Source: Candidatus Onthovivens sp.
Lineage (GTDB): Bacteria > Bacillota_I > Bacilli_A > RFN20 > CAG-826
Length of the DNA stretch: 64,000 nt
NCBI GenBank assembly: GCA_034087725.1
Contig: JAXDXW010000016.1
Coordinates: 1,586-65,585 of the forward strand
Direction: 5' to 3'
The notes under the pieces were generated by a model. The model had not been told where the DNA came from. It worked only from the letters and a program-made list of their open reading frames with translations, and ran no database searches. The position numbers were made by a program, and so were the translations under genes. The stretch's first letter is position 1; the number at the start of each line of letters is the position of its first letter. Below are positions 1 to 10,210 of the stretch, in pieces.

Positions 1-1
1 T

Positions 2-2161
2 GATACAACTACGTTAACAAGTGGAATAAATCCTCTACAATTTAGTGCAGATAAAATGAGTAGAGTTCAAAATTCTTACGATTTTAATATAATTTACGAT
101 AAAAGAGGCAAAAAGTACCCAGTAGTAAATTATGAATCTTTCAATAATCAAGGATTACAAACAGATTCATATTCTTTAACTGAACCTATAAATAATGAAT
201 ACTTTTCGGCTGGATTCCCTTATTATCCTGCAACATCTTATTCTTTAAATTTATTAAAAACTACTCAATTTTCTTCGTCAAAATTAGAAGTTGATGAACA
301 AAATTATCGAGAATATGCGTATTCAAAATATTTAACTATTGAAGACAAATATCAAAGTTATTTTTCTGACTTAAATAAAAAATATGGCATATCATATCAA
401 AAAGGCGATTATACTTGCCTAGATTATATAAATTCCTTCTATTTTACAACATGTACATTTAATTACATGATGAAATCTTATCCAAAAAGTAAAGATCCTA
501 TTATTTATTTTCTCGATGAAGCTCATGAAGGTACATCAAGACATTTTGCTTCAGCTTCTACTTTATGGTTTAGAAGTTTAGGAATTCCTGCTAGATATTG
601 CCAAGGATATATTTCTTATTCGCAAGCAGGTGTTGAAAACACAGTCAACGCCCTTCAATCTCATAGTCGGTGTGAAATTTACATTGATGGATTAGGGTGG
701 ATTCAATTTGATCCTTCTTTGCAATGTTTAGACAGAGAAACACTTTTATATATGTTTTATGGAATTAATCCAGATGATATTGAAATAGATGAATTTGCAA
801 ACAAAACACTTGAATATATTGAAGTAGAGCCTAGTGAAGATGAACTCGTATTTTTTATAAATGATGAGGTTAAGTATGATAAGTTAAAAGTACTTGCATA
901 TTATGATGATAAATCCTCTAGATATGTAAAACCTACATTTGTTAAAACTCCATCCACTGAAACGGAAGGCAAAAAAAATGTATTAGTTTTTTATAATGAA
1001 GGTAGCATCACAAAATATGCAACGTATCAAATAGAAGTGATTATTCCGAAAATAGTTGGTATAAGATTATATACAGATAATGTTCAACGCACTTTCTACA
1101 AAGGTAATAAATTTAATTATGATGGCTTAAAAGTATTTTTGGTATATGAAAATAAAAGAGAAACTTATCTATTTCATGATGTATTAACTATATCAGAACC
1201 AGATTTAACAAAATTAGGTACGCATACAGTTACAGTTTCTTATACTCACGAAGATGGAGTAACGTATACTGCATCATATGAAATTGAAGTTAAAGTTGAC
1301 GGTGTTATAGGTGTTGAATTAGAACTTAATAAAACAACTTATTTTTTAAACGAAGAATTTGATTACGAATCAATGATTATTTCTCTAATTTATAGTCAAG
1401 GAGGGAGAGAACCTACTGAATTTGTTGAAAGTCAGATGTCAATAGAAGGTTTTAGCTCTAAGACTGAGGGAACTAAGAAAGTCAAACTTAAATACATAAA
1501 TAATGATGGTAATGAAATTTATTCCAATGTAGTTATTGTTACTGTTAAAGATAAACCTACTGCAACTTTAGATATTTCAAAAAATCTCACTTTGGATTAC
1601 ACAGGCAGAGAATATACAGGCGAAGATTTTGCCGAATATGTGACCGGTTTGAGAAATGGGGATAGAGCTGAAATTAGTGTTAATTCAAATGGTATTTTAT
1701 TGAATCCGGCTACTTATAGAGTAACATTATCAGTTAGAATTTTAGATTACTTAGGTAATGACGTTACTGAAAGTGAATATAAGGAAATAAAAAATAACAA
1801 TTTTACAATACGTGTAAGAATAACTCCTCCACAGTTGGAATTATCACTTGGCTATAATGAAATTTATCTTATCTATTTAGAAAGTTCGACAGGCAAATAC
1901 TATTATATAAATGAAAAGGATGAAAGGGTCGATATTTTCGGACGGGATCCAACTAATATTTATAATATTACATACATCGGCTTAGCTAGTTATGATTCTA
2001 TAAATATTGAATCTTTATCGATAGAAGCTAAATCTTCGACCGAAGGTATAACTTATGACATTAATTATGATGGATTAGAAATTATAAATAACATAAGTGG
2101 TCAAAATGTAAAAGACATTTATGAAATTTCTACTATACCTCTTACAGTTATCAAGGTGTAA
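2..2161 (+). CDS. Transglutaminase-like core protein with Big_3-type Ig-like repeats (5' end outside window)
   Basis: The frame is open to the window edge. Transglut_core-like motifs are present: EGTSRHFASASTLWFRSLGIPARYCQGY and HSRCEIYIDGLGWIQFDPS. Three ~80-aa segments follow with a group-3 Ig-like pattern (e.g. YKGNKFNYDGLKVFLVYEN..GTHTVTVSY..YEIEV). Confidence 0.75.
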   Translation, partial: DTTTLTSGINPLQFSADKMSRVQNSYDFNIIYDKRGKKYPVVNYESFNNQGLQTDSYSLTEPINNEYFSAGFPYYPATSYSLNLLKTTQFSSSKLEVDEQNYREYAYSKYLTIEDKYQSYFSDLNKKYGISYQKGDYTCLDYINSFYFTTCTFNYMMKSYPKSKDPIIYFLDEAHEGTSRHFASASTLWFRSLGIPARYCQGYISYSQAGVENTVNALQSHSRCEIYIDGLGWIQFDPSLQCLDRETLLYMFYGINPDDIEIDEFANKTLEYIEVEPSEDELVFFINDEVKYDKLKVLAYYDDKSSRYVKPTFVKTPSTETEGKKNVLVFYNEGSITKYATYQIEVIIPKIVGIRLYTDNVQRTFYKGNKFNYDGLKVFLVYENKRETYLFHDVLTISEPDLTKLGTHTVTVSYTHEDGVTYTASYEIEVKVDGVIGVELELNKTTYFLNEEFDYESMIISLIYSQGGREPTEFVESQMSIEGFSSKTEGTKKVKLKYINNDGNEIYSNVVIVTVKDKPTATLDISKNLTLDYTGREYTGEDFAEYVTGLRNGDRAEISVNSNGILLNPATYRVTLSVRILDYLGNDVTESEYKEIKNNNFTIRVRITPPQLELSLGYNEIYLIYLESSTGKYYYINEKDERVDIFGRDPTNIYNITYIGLASYDSINIESLSIEAKSSTEGITYDINYDGLEIINNISGQNVKDIYEISTIPLTVIKV

Positions 2162-2163
2162 AA

Positions 2164-5100
2164 ATGAAGTACGGGAATTATAAGAAAAAAGTATTAATAG
2201 TAAATAAAATTTTGAATTTTTTATTCAAAATTCGTTTTATTATTCTTTCTATCATAGTTGTTTCTTTAACTGCTTTCATTTCAATAAATTCGATTACAGG
2301 AACTAGTGCTACTTTTACAACGAAAATTGAAGAAGTTCATTATGGTGAAGATTATGATTTTTTCTCAAAAGCAACATTAAATAATGGATATGTCGAATAT
2401 AAAAATAAAAGAGATGATAAATGGAGCGATATAAAGCCAAAAAGAGCCGGAGAATATTTGGCAAGATGTTACTCTTTTAATGGATGGAATAATAAAGTAT
2501 ATGGTGAAACTGTTGAATTTAAGATACTTCCAAAAAATTTAGCGGTTACTTATGTTTATAAAACAATTATATATGGGGAAAAAATAGAGTTTGAGTATAC
2601 TGGTTTAGAGTTTTCAGATCATGTTGAAAATATAGTATATGACTTCGGAGAAGACTATTTTAAAGTAAATCCTTTTTTAGAAAATAAAACTTTTGAATGC
2701 GATGTTTTATTTAATGAGGAAAAATTTAAAGTAGTTGATTTAAATGGAAATGACGTTACCTCTAACTACGTTGTCAGTTATCCTAGTGAAAAGATTTTAA
2801 TACAAAAAAGACCTTTATCAATTTTAGGAGATGATAAAACTAAAACATATGATGGAGAAGAACTTTCTTCAACTGATTATAAATTTATAAATAACACCTC
2901 TTTAGCAGAGGGTGATGAAATTGAAATTGTTGGAAACGCAACAATTACTGAACTAGGTACTATTTCTAATAATATTGATTTTAAAATTAAAGATTCAAAG
3001 GGATTTGATCGAACAGCTTATTACGATATAACATCTGATCTTGGCGAATTGTCTGTTACAAAGAGACAAATATCAATTCAAACGAACTCAATTGAAAAAG
3101 TTTATGATGGACTTCCTTTAAAAGAAAGTGACTTTAATTATGAAATTACTGGCGATTCAATATTAGATAATCATTTATTATCTATTGAATTTGAAAATAT
3201 TGGCGTAATTAACGCTAATTCTTGTACAAATTCTATTTCTTATACCATTATCGATAAAGATAGCGGAGCAGATGCTTCAAAATATTATGATATTAGCTTT
3301 GATTTTGGAAGTATCAATATTTCTAAAAAAACTATTACTGTTTCAAGTTATAGTGAAGAAAAAATCTATGACGGAATTGAACTTAAGGGTGATTTTATAT
3401 ATGAAGGTCTTGCAGATAGTGATGAGATTGTTTTTAACACCAATGCGCCTTCAATTATTGAGCCTGGAGATGTTACATATTCACCTAATTTTGATATTGT
3501 TAATAAAGATAGTAAAGAAAGCGTTATCGATAATTATTTAGTTGAAAGTATTGAAGGCACTTTAACTATTAAAATAAGAAATATTAATGTTTTTACTAAT
3601 ACCATTAAAAAAACTTATGATGGTGTTGCTTTAACAAGAGATGATGTTTCCTATAATATCGCGGGTGATGGATTGCTTGATGGACATCATGTAGAAGCAA
3701 TTTTTTCAATGGAAAGTGAAAATATGCTAGGTGGTTATACAAATTATCGTAATAGTTTTGCTAGTTTTAATATTTTGGATGAAGAAAACAATGATGTATC
3801 AAAATATTATAATATTTCTAATTTTTACTTTGGAACTATTACCATTTTAAATCGTGAATTAACTATAAAAAACAGTGCTACACATTATGAATATGATAAT
3901 TTATACCACTCTAATGATGACTTTACTTCTGAAGGTTTAGCTGAAGGAGACACTATTGTTATCGATGATTCTGCCTTGGTATCAATTAAAGAAGTTGGAA
4001 ATAAAAAGAATAAACTAACTTACGAAATTAAAAATCTTAATGGTGAAGATGTCACTAAATATTACAATATTACTGAGGATTTCAATGATATTGTCGTTAA
4101 TAAAAAAGTAATTTATATTGAATCTAATAATTATGATGCTACATATTCTGGAAAAGAATTATCAGAAAGCGAAATTAATTATCAAATAAAAAATGAAGAT
4201 TATCCTTCTTTAAATGAAAAATATCTTTTTGATATCCGAATGGACTTAGTTGATAAAAATATTTCCTCATTTGTTGGTCAAGATACACCAAATACATTTA
4301 AAACAATAATTTATGATCGCGTAACAGGCGAAGATATTACTGATAATTTCGATGTTCAAGAAACTATCGATACTGTACATATTTCAAAAGCTCCGCTCAA
4401 TATAAAAACCAATGATGCAGAATTTGATTATAACGGCACTTATAACGAAGAACTTGGTAATACAATCACCGGTATGCAAGGCGATGATTATATAACGATG
4501 ACCTCAAACACTAAATCAATTAATAAGATAAATACTAAAAATTTCCAGCAATTCAAAATTTATAAAGATAGTTCTTCAAGTACTGCCGATTATGATGTTA
4601 CAAATTGCTACGATATTAATTATGAATATGGCTCTTTCGTTGTTAATGGTAGAGATATTTCTTTAGATTTATCCGAATGTGGCTTTAATAAAGTGTATGA
4701 AAGAGTTTCATCAACTTTCCGTTTTGAAAATTACAAAATTACCTCAGGTTCTTTATTTAGTGGAGATGAAATTAGTTTTAGCTTAAAAAGTGGTAAAATC
4801 GGTTCTTTTTCGGTTCCTGGAACATATAATTTACTCGATTATTATGATATTAAAGTAATGCATGGCAATATTGATGTTACTGAAAGTTATAATTTTTTAG
4901 ATATTATCGGTTGCGATGGAATTATTACAAAAAGGCCTGTTAGTATTCGATTTGATGGTGAAAATAAAACTTATGATGGTTTAGGTGCTTCTATTACTCA
5001 CCAATTTGACGGACTTTTAGATGGTGATGATTTGACTTATACCACTATTAAAGATAAAAAAAGTTATTATAAAGTCACTGATGGCGAAAATTTTTTGAAA

Positions 5101-6669
5101 CAATATTCAATTATTGATAAAACAAACAATAACAAAGATGTTACTGCATATTACGAACCAACCGTTGTTGAAAATCCGATTATAATTCTCAAAAAGGATT
5201 TACTTTTAAAGTTTCCTAACTTTGAAAAAGATTATGATGGGAATGCTGATTTCTCAAGTCAACCAATTCAAGTAATAAGTCCATCACAACTTGGAAATTA
5301 TGATACTGTTAGTGATTTTTCATTAACAGTTAACGATGAAAATTCTTGTTCAGAAACAGCTTATGATTATGATTTATCTGATGTTGTAATTACAAACTCG
5401 TGCTACCGTGAAAATAGTACTAAAAATTATAATATTTCTTTCTTTGGAACCCCAACTTATAAAATAAACCCTATTAGTATTTCTATTTATTTAGACGAAA
5501 GTAGTTATAATTTTGTTTATGACGGAAATGAATATTCTTTTACAAAAAATTTAAGATATAGTGGTGTATTGATTAATAATGACAAAATTAGTGTGGTCAA
5601 TTATGATGATTTTATTGCTAAATACGTTTCCGATTCAGGTAATAAAGTTAATGAAGTATTGCTAGATAATATTGAAATATTGAAAGAAAACGGGGAAAAC
5701 AATACAAGAAACTACTCAATAAATATCGAATCTGATTATACATATAATATTCTTCAAAGAGATTTAACAATTGTATCTGCGTCCTGTAAAAAACCTTATA
5801 ATAACTTACCGGTTGAATCTTCTTTAAGAGATAAGTATCAAATTGCAAGTGGAACTTTAGCAATAACAGACTCACTTCAAGTTACTTTTAATGAAGTTAA
5901 CGATGTAGATGCTGGTAATTATGAAAATTCTTTCGATGTTAAAATTGTAGATAAGAGCACTTTAGATGATGTTACAAGTAATTACAATGTTGTTAAAGTT
6001 TACGGTGATATGACGATAGAACCTATTCGTATTTCTATAACTCAAAATAATATTTCTCAAAAATATGATGGAAAAACATATGACTTAAACATCGAAAATA
6101 ATAGATATGCTTTAACGAATCAAACGACATACTTTACAATTAATAAAGAAACTTTTGATTTACTTAAAGCGATTGACGGACTTGAGTGGTACATAGAATT
6201 TAAAGAAGAGGTTAAAGGAATCTTTAATGTCGGAACTTATTCATACGATTTTTCATTGTTACTTTTGCTTAACGGGGTAGATGTCACATCATCTTCTAAT
6301 TTTGTATTAGATAGTACAACTGAAGGTATTTTTAATATAGACATAACAAAATTAAATTTAATTATCTCGTTTATTGGTGGCGAATCTCCTTATTTTGAAG
6401 ATTTATATTTCCCTGAGATTTTTACTCTTTCAGGTGATGTATATAACATGCAAAAAATAGGTGATGTATTGTATTTTGGAAACGAGAAGCGGGATAAAAA
6501 TAAAGACAATTACGAAGGATTGGAAGATATGATTGAACCTGGAGTTTATGATGAAGAATATTTTGCTGATTTCTTTGCTTCTATTAGAATTTTAAATAAA
6601 AAGGGAGAGGATGTGACCAATTGTTATTCAATAAATATAAATTTTAAAAAGGTAATTATCGAGGAGTAG
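2164..6669 (+). CDS. Giant membrane-anchored surface protein with ~13 tandem MBG/YDG-type repeats
   Basis: It starts 3 nt after the upstream stop. It has an N-terminal TM helix (FKIRFIILSIIVVSLTAFISI). An ITKR/ISK..K.YDG..L motif recurs every 83-90 aa; the YDG codons at 2848, 3103, 3367 and 3616 are examples. Confidence 0.75.
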   Translation: MKYGNYKKKVLIVNKILNFLFKIRFIILSIIVVSLTAFISINSITGTSATFTTKIEEVHYGEDYDFFSKATLNNGYVEYKNKRDDKWSDIKPKRAGEYLARCYSFNGWNNKVYGETVEFKILPKNLAVTYVYKTIIYGEKIEFEYTGLEFSDHVENIVYDFGEDYFKVNPFLENKTFECDVLFNEEKFKVVDLNGNDVTSNYVVSYPSEKILIQKRPLSILGDDKTKTYDGEELSSTDYKFINNTSLAEGDEIEIVGNATITELGTISNNIDFKIKDSKGFDRTAYYDITSDLGELSVTKRQISIQTNSIEKVYDGLPLKESDFNYEITGDSILDNHLLSIEFENIGVINANSCTNSISYTIIDKDSGADASKYYDISFDFGSINISKKTITVSSYSEEKIYDGIELKGDFIYEGLADSDEIVFNTNAPSIIEPGDVTYSPNFDIVNKDSKESVIDNYLVESIEGTLTIKIRNINVFTNTIKKTYDGVALTRDDVSYNIAGDGLLDGHHVEAIFSMESENMLGGYTNYRNSFASFNILDEENNDVSKYYNISNFYFGTITILNRELTIKNSATHYEYDNLYHSNDDFTSEGLAEGDTIVIDDSALVSIKEVGNKKNKLTYEIKNLNGEDVTKYYNITEDFNDIVVNKKVIYIESNNYDATYSGKELSESEINYQIKNEDYPSLNEKYLFDIRMDLVDKNISSFVGQDTPNTFKTIIYDRVTGEDITDNFDVQETIDTVHISKAPLNIKTNDAEFDYNGTYNEELGNTITGMQGDDYITMTSNTKSINKINTKNFQQFKIYKDSSSSTADYDVTNCYDINYEYGSFVVNGRDISLDLSECGFNKVYERVSSTFRFENYKITSGSLFSGDEISFSLKSGKIGSFSVPGTYNLLDYYDIKVMHGNIDVTESYNFLDIIGCDGIITKRPVSIRFDGENKTYDGLGASITHQFDGLLDGDDLTYTTIKDKKSYYKVTDGENFLKQYSIIDKTNNNKDVTAYYEPTVVENPIIILKKDLLLKFPNFEKDYDGNADFSSQPIQVISPSQLGNYDTVSDFSLTVNDENSCSETAYDYDLSDVVITNSCYRENSTKNYNISFFGTPTYKINPISISIYLDESSYNFVYDGNEYSFTKNLRYSGVLINNDKISVVNYDDFIAKYVSDSGNKVNEVLLDNIEILKENGENNTRNYSINIESDYTYNILQRDLTIVSASCKKPYNNLPVESSLRDKYQIASGTLAITDSLQVTFNEVNDVDAGNYENSFDVKIVDKSTLDDVTSNYNVVKVYGDMTIEPIRISITQNNISQKYDGKTYDLNIENNRYALTNQTTYFTINKETFDLLKAIDGLEWYIEFKEEVKGIFNVGTYSYDFSLLLLLNGVDVTSSSNFVLDSTTEGIFNIDITKLNLIISFIGGESPYFEDLYFPEIFTLSGDVYNMQKIGDVLYFGNEKRDKNKDNYEGLEDMIEPGVYDEEYFADFFASIRILNKKGEDVTNCYSININFKKVIIEE

Positions 6670-6672
6670 ATT

Positions 6673-7320
6673 ATGATTAGAAAATTCAGATGTCCAAAAT
6701 GTGGGGAAATATTTACCGGGCGTTTAGATCACTGTCCAAAATGTGGTGTTGAACTCCATTATTTGCAAGAAAATCAAACAAAGAAGACAGAAGATGTCGA
6801 AACTAATTCAAATAAAGAAGTTTTTCATTATAACGACGACAATGTTTTAAAAAATGGCACTGGTGAATTTGATTTTTCTCAAAATAAAACTTCATCTCAG
6901 CAAAATAGCGTTCAAGGTCCAATGGAAGTGACAAAAACAGTACAAGTTATACCTGAAAAATATAAAAATTTAACAAATGACTTCATAATTAACGCTGAAG
7001 AAAGCTCGTATTTTGACGGGAAATTGATACAGCAAATTGGTTATAATATTTTGGCTACTTTGCTTACATTAATTACTGGTACTTTGGGATTACCATGGGC
7101 AATGTGTATTAAATATAGACGGGAATGTAAGCACACAGTAATTAATGGAAAAAGATTACGTTTTGATGGAAAAGGGGCGCAATTGTTCGGAAGATACCTT
7201 TTATGGTTACTTTTGACAATTATTACGCTATTTATTTTCACATTCCGGTTAAATTTGAACTTAAAAAAGTGGAAAATTAAGCATACAGTTTTTGAATCGG
7301 TATATAATTTAGATAAATAG
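6673..7320 (+). CDS. Zinc-ribbon / DUF898 (YjgN-like) membrane protein
   Basis: N-terminal CPKCG..CPKCG zinc ribbon. The C-terminal part matches the DUF898 pattern (LITGTLGLPWAMCIKYRRECKHTVINGKRLRFDGKGAQLFGRYLLWLLLTIITL). Confidence 0.7.
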   Translation: MIRKFRCPKCGEIFTGRLDHCPKCGVELHYLQENQTKKTEDVETNSNKEVFHYNDDNVLKNGTGEFDFSQNKTSSQQNSVQGPMEVTKTVQVIPEKYKNLTNDFIINAEESSYFDGKLIQQIGYNILATLLTLITGTLGLPWAMCIKYRRECKHTVINGKRLRFDGKGAQLFGRYLLWLLLTIITLFIFTFRLNLNLKKWKIKHTVFESVYNLDK

Positions 7321-7329
7321 GAGAAAAAG

Positions 7330-8088
7330 ATGAAGAAAAGTATTATTTTATTAGGTGCTGGAATAATTTCAACGTTACTTGTTTCTTGCTCAAATGTTGG
7401 AAATGGCAAAGGAAACGGAAATAGTGGTGAAAACAATAATCCTAACTCAATGAATTTTAATGATTATTCATTGGAAACGGTTGTAAATACTGTTAAAAGT
7501 TATTGGGCTAGAGAAACTGGATTATCAATAGATTTCGAACTTACTCAATATCACTTTATTATCGATGAAGATACATATGATGTAACAGAAGAAAGCTTGA
7601 AAATAAATGGTGAAATTAGTGGTAAAAAAGACTCTGTTTGGTTTACTATTGATAGAGTTTTAAACGGTGAAACTTCACCAAAGTATGGGTTTGCAGCAAA
7701 ATATGATTCAGATAAAAGTGATGCTATTTGTAAATCATATGAAAATTATAAGTGGGTAGACTTTGATGCTGGAACATATGATTCTATCGAAGAAAAAGCC
7801 CTTGAAGTTTTTAATTATTTCTATATGTCGCCAGAAATAATTCAAAATTTTGCGTCTTATACACCTGATACTTATGTTATTAAAAGTATCGCGGGAAGAG
7901 AGTGTTTTCAATTCAGTATCGATATGAAAAATCACGGTAAGCAAATAGTTCAAACAGTAGCTTTTGATAGTAAAATTTTACTTCCAATGTATATTAACAT
8001 TGTAGACAATATTAACCCATCAATTGTATCAACTACTGCTTTAACTGTTTCCTATTTTGGTGATGCAAAAAACGAACCTTCTTGGTAA
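7330..8088 (+). CDS. Lipoprotein, unknown function
   Basis: Signal peptide with lipobox LLVSC, followed by a Gly/Asn-rich linker. Confidence 0.7.
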   Translation: MKKSIILLGAGIISTLLVSCSNVGNGKGNGNSGENNNPNSMNFNDYSLETVVNTVKSYWARETGLSIDFELTQYHFIIDEDTYDVTEESLKINGEISGKKDSVWFTIDRVLNGETSPKYGFAAKYDSDKSDAICKSYENYKWVDFDAGTYDSIEEKALEVFNYFYMSPEIIQNFASYTPDTYVIKSIAGRECFQFSIDMKNHGKQIVQTVAFDSKILLPMYINIVDNINPSIVSTTALTVSYFGDAKNEPSW

Positions 8089-8238
8089 TTTTATTCTATA
8101 CATTTAAGACCTTTAAATATTGATATTACTCGATTTTATCGGTCTTTTTTTATTTTTATTAATGAATTATTAATGAGGTATATTTTTAGAAATTGATGTT
8201 TCATGGTAATACTAAAATATAAGCAAGGAGGAATAAGT

Positions 8239-10074
8239 ATGAACAAATTAATTAAGATTTGTGCATTATCATTATCTTTAGGTGTTTTAGGAGGAACAAT
8301 TACATCTTGTAACTCAACTCAGACAACACCGGTTGATTATTCTGAAGCTGTTTCGACACCTGATTTAGTCAAAATTGAAGGCGATGATATCGTTGTATTA
8401 GAAGAAACAACACAATTGAGTGTTATTTCAAAAGAAGAGGTTGTTGGATATTGGACGACTAGTGATCCTAGTATTGCAACAGTTGATAAAGAAGGTTTAG
8501 TAACCGCTAAAAGCACAGGTGAGGTAACAATAAGTTATGTTGCTTTTTCTACAGATGGAAAGAAAACATGGATAGCATCAAAAACTATGTATTCTTATGA
8601 GTTTGTCCCATCATTCATTGAAACCGTTAAAGCAATTCAAAGAGGAAAAACATATACTTTAACTGTCAAAAAGAGTAGTGATAAAGTAACTGAAGAAATG
8701 CCAGATCCTGCATTAGAAGAAACATATGAATGGAAATATGCAGGAAATGTCGTTTTATGTACAAACAAAAATACAGGTGCAAAGACAATTTATACAATAG
8801 ATGCAAATGGTCAAGCTATTATTGTCACTGTTGATAAAGAAGGAGAAGTTAAAGTTTCTGAGCCTCAAAAAACAGTTAGTGGATATATTACCGAAGAAAC
8901 ATTCTATGTTGATAAAAACTATCCTTATACAACATTATTTCCATCATTAAATTGCTTAGATACTAATTTCTTACCAGCAATTGCTACAGATAATGGCAAA
9001 TATGATTTAAATTCTTCAACTAACCAAGAAAGTGCTGATCCTGAAGGCAAATCTGATAGAGATACAGGAAATATGGTCAATCTTCAAAGATTAGTTGCAC
9101 CAGATAATATTTCTTTAAGCCAAAGACTTTCTTTAAAACATATGTATGCAGTAGTCAATGACGTATACGATATGACAATTTATATTCAAGGAAAAAATAG
9201 AGTAATTGGTGAAACAGGATTTTATAATTACGAAATTACCTTATCTGATGTCAATGCTACCACAATTGACGAGGATACTCTTGCTTTAATTGAAGGCAAA
9301 ACTGCAACAAAAGAAACTAAAAACGCTTTCTTGACTAGAGCCCAAAAATTACTTTCTTATAAATCGTATACATACACGGCAGCTGATGGAATAAGTATTG
9401 ATGTAGTTGAAAATAAATATATTTGGTACTACTACACTGATGATGCTATTTTAGAGTTATATTCTTCTTATGGTGATGCCTATGGAACAATGGAGTTTAA
9501 AAGCTATGGAAAGATTGTTATTGATGGAATTTGGCAATATTGTGAACAAACAGTAACAGTTGATTCTTCAGACCCTGAAAATCCAGCCGTTGTAAGAGGT
9601 GAAATAATTAATTATGAATGGGGCTGGGAAGATATTGAAACTTATCCTACTGTTAAAGAATTAGGTTATTCAACACCATCAACATGGGGAATAACTAAAA
9701 ACATAGACGCCTTAGTTTCTACTACTACATATTTAGGTGTAGATTATGGATTTGATTCTACAAACAGAGATTTATGCTATGATTTAAACGATCAATTTGC
9801 TTCAATTACAGGTTTAGTTGATAGTACATCGATCGGCGCCACAAATACACCAGCACTAATTCGATTAATGTTTACAGATAGCCCATATGCAGCTTCATAT
9901 TGTGTTGTTGCCGAAGAAGATAAAGATTGTAAGTTAACAGTTGGATTATATTATAGAGATAATAGAATCGTTGATATAACTTCCTCAGGTAACGGGCACC
10001 ATGTTGCATTGTCTAATTTCGGAAATGTAGACAATCCTGAAATCAAAGCATATTTAGAAAGTTTAGCAAAATAA
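8239..10074 (+). CDS. Lipoprotein with Big_2 Ig-like domain
   Basis: The ATG at 8239 is preceded by AAGGAGGA. Lipobox GTITSC. Big_2 pattern WTTSDPSIATVDKEGLVTAKSTGEVTISY. The track start at 8203 lacks an RBS. Confidence 0.75.
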   Translation: MNKLIKICALSLSLGVLGGTITSCNSTQTTPVDYSEAVSTPDLVKIEGDDIVVLEETTQLSVISKEEVVGYWTTSDPSIATVDKEGLVTAKSTGEVTISYVAFSTDGKKTWIASKTMYSYEFVPSFIETVKAIQRGKTYTLTVKKSSDKVTEEMPDPALEETYEWKYAGNVVLCTNKNTGAKTIYTIDANGQAIIVTVDKEGEVKVSEPQKTVSGYITEETFYVDKNYPYTTLFPSLNCLDTNFLPAIATDNGKYDLNSSTNQESADPEGKSDRDTGNMVNLQRLVAPDNISLSQRLSLKHMYAVVNDVYDMTIYIQGKNRVIGETGFYNYEITLSDVNATTIDEDTLALIEGKTATKETKNAFLTRAQKLLSYKSYTYTAADGISIDVVENKYIWYYYTDDAILELYSSYGDAYGTMEFKSYGKIVIDGIWQYCEQTVTVDSSDPENPAVVRGEIINYEWGWEDIETYPTVKELGYSTPSTWGITKNIDALVSTTTYLGVDYGFDSTNRDLCYDLNDQFASITGLVDSTSIGATNTPALIRLMFTDSPYAASYCVVAEEDKDCKLTVGLYYRDNRIVDITSSGNGHHVALSNFGNVDNPEIKAYLESLAK

Positions 10075-10077
10075 ATA

Positions 10078-10110
10078 TCAAAGAGGCGAAATGCCTCTTT
10101 GATCTATTTA
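10078..10110 (+). terminator. Rho-independent terminator
   Basis: 10-bp stem TCAAAGAGGC/GCCTCTTTGA with a 5-nt loop, 4 nt after the stop. The T-tract is weak. Confidence 0.6.
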
Positions 10111-10210
10111 TAAGAGTACTTTTATTAATAAAATATTATTAATAAAAACTCATATATATTTTTTTATAGTTTTGTATTAAAATAAAGAAATACGGAGAAG
10201 GAGGAATATT

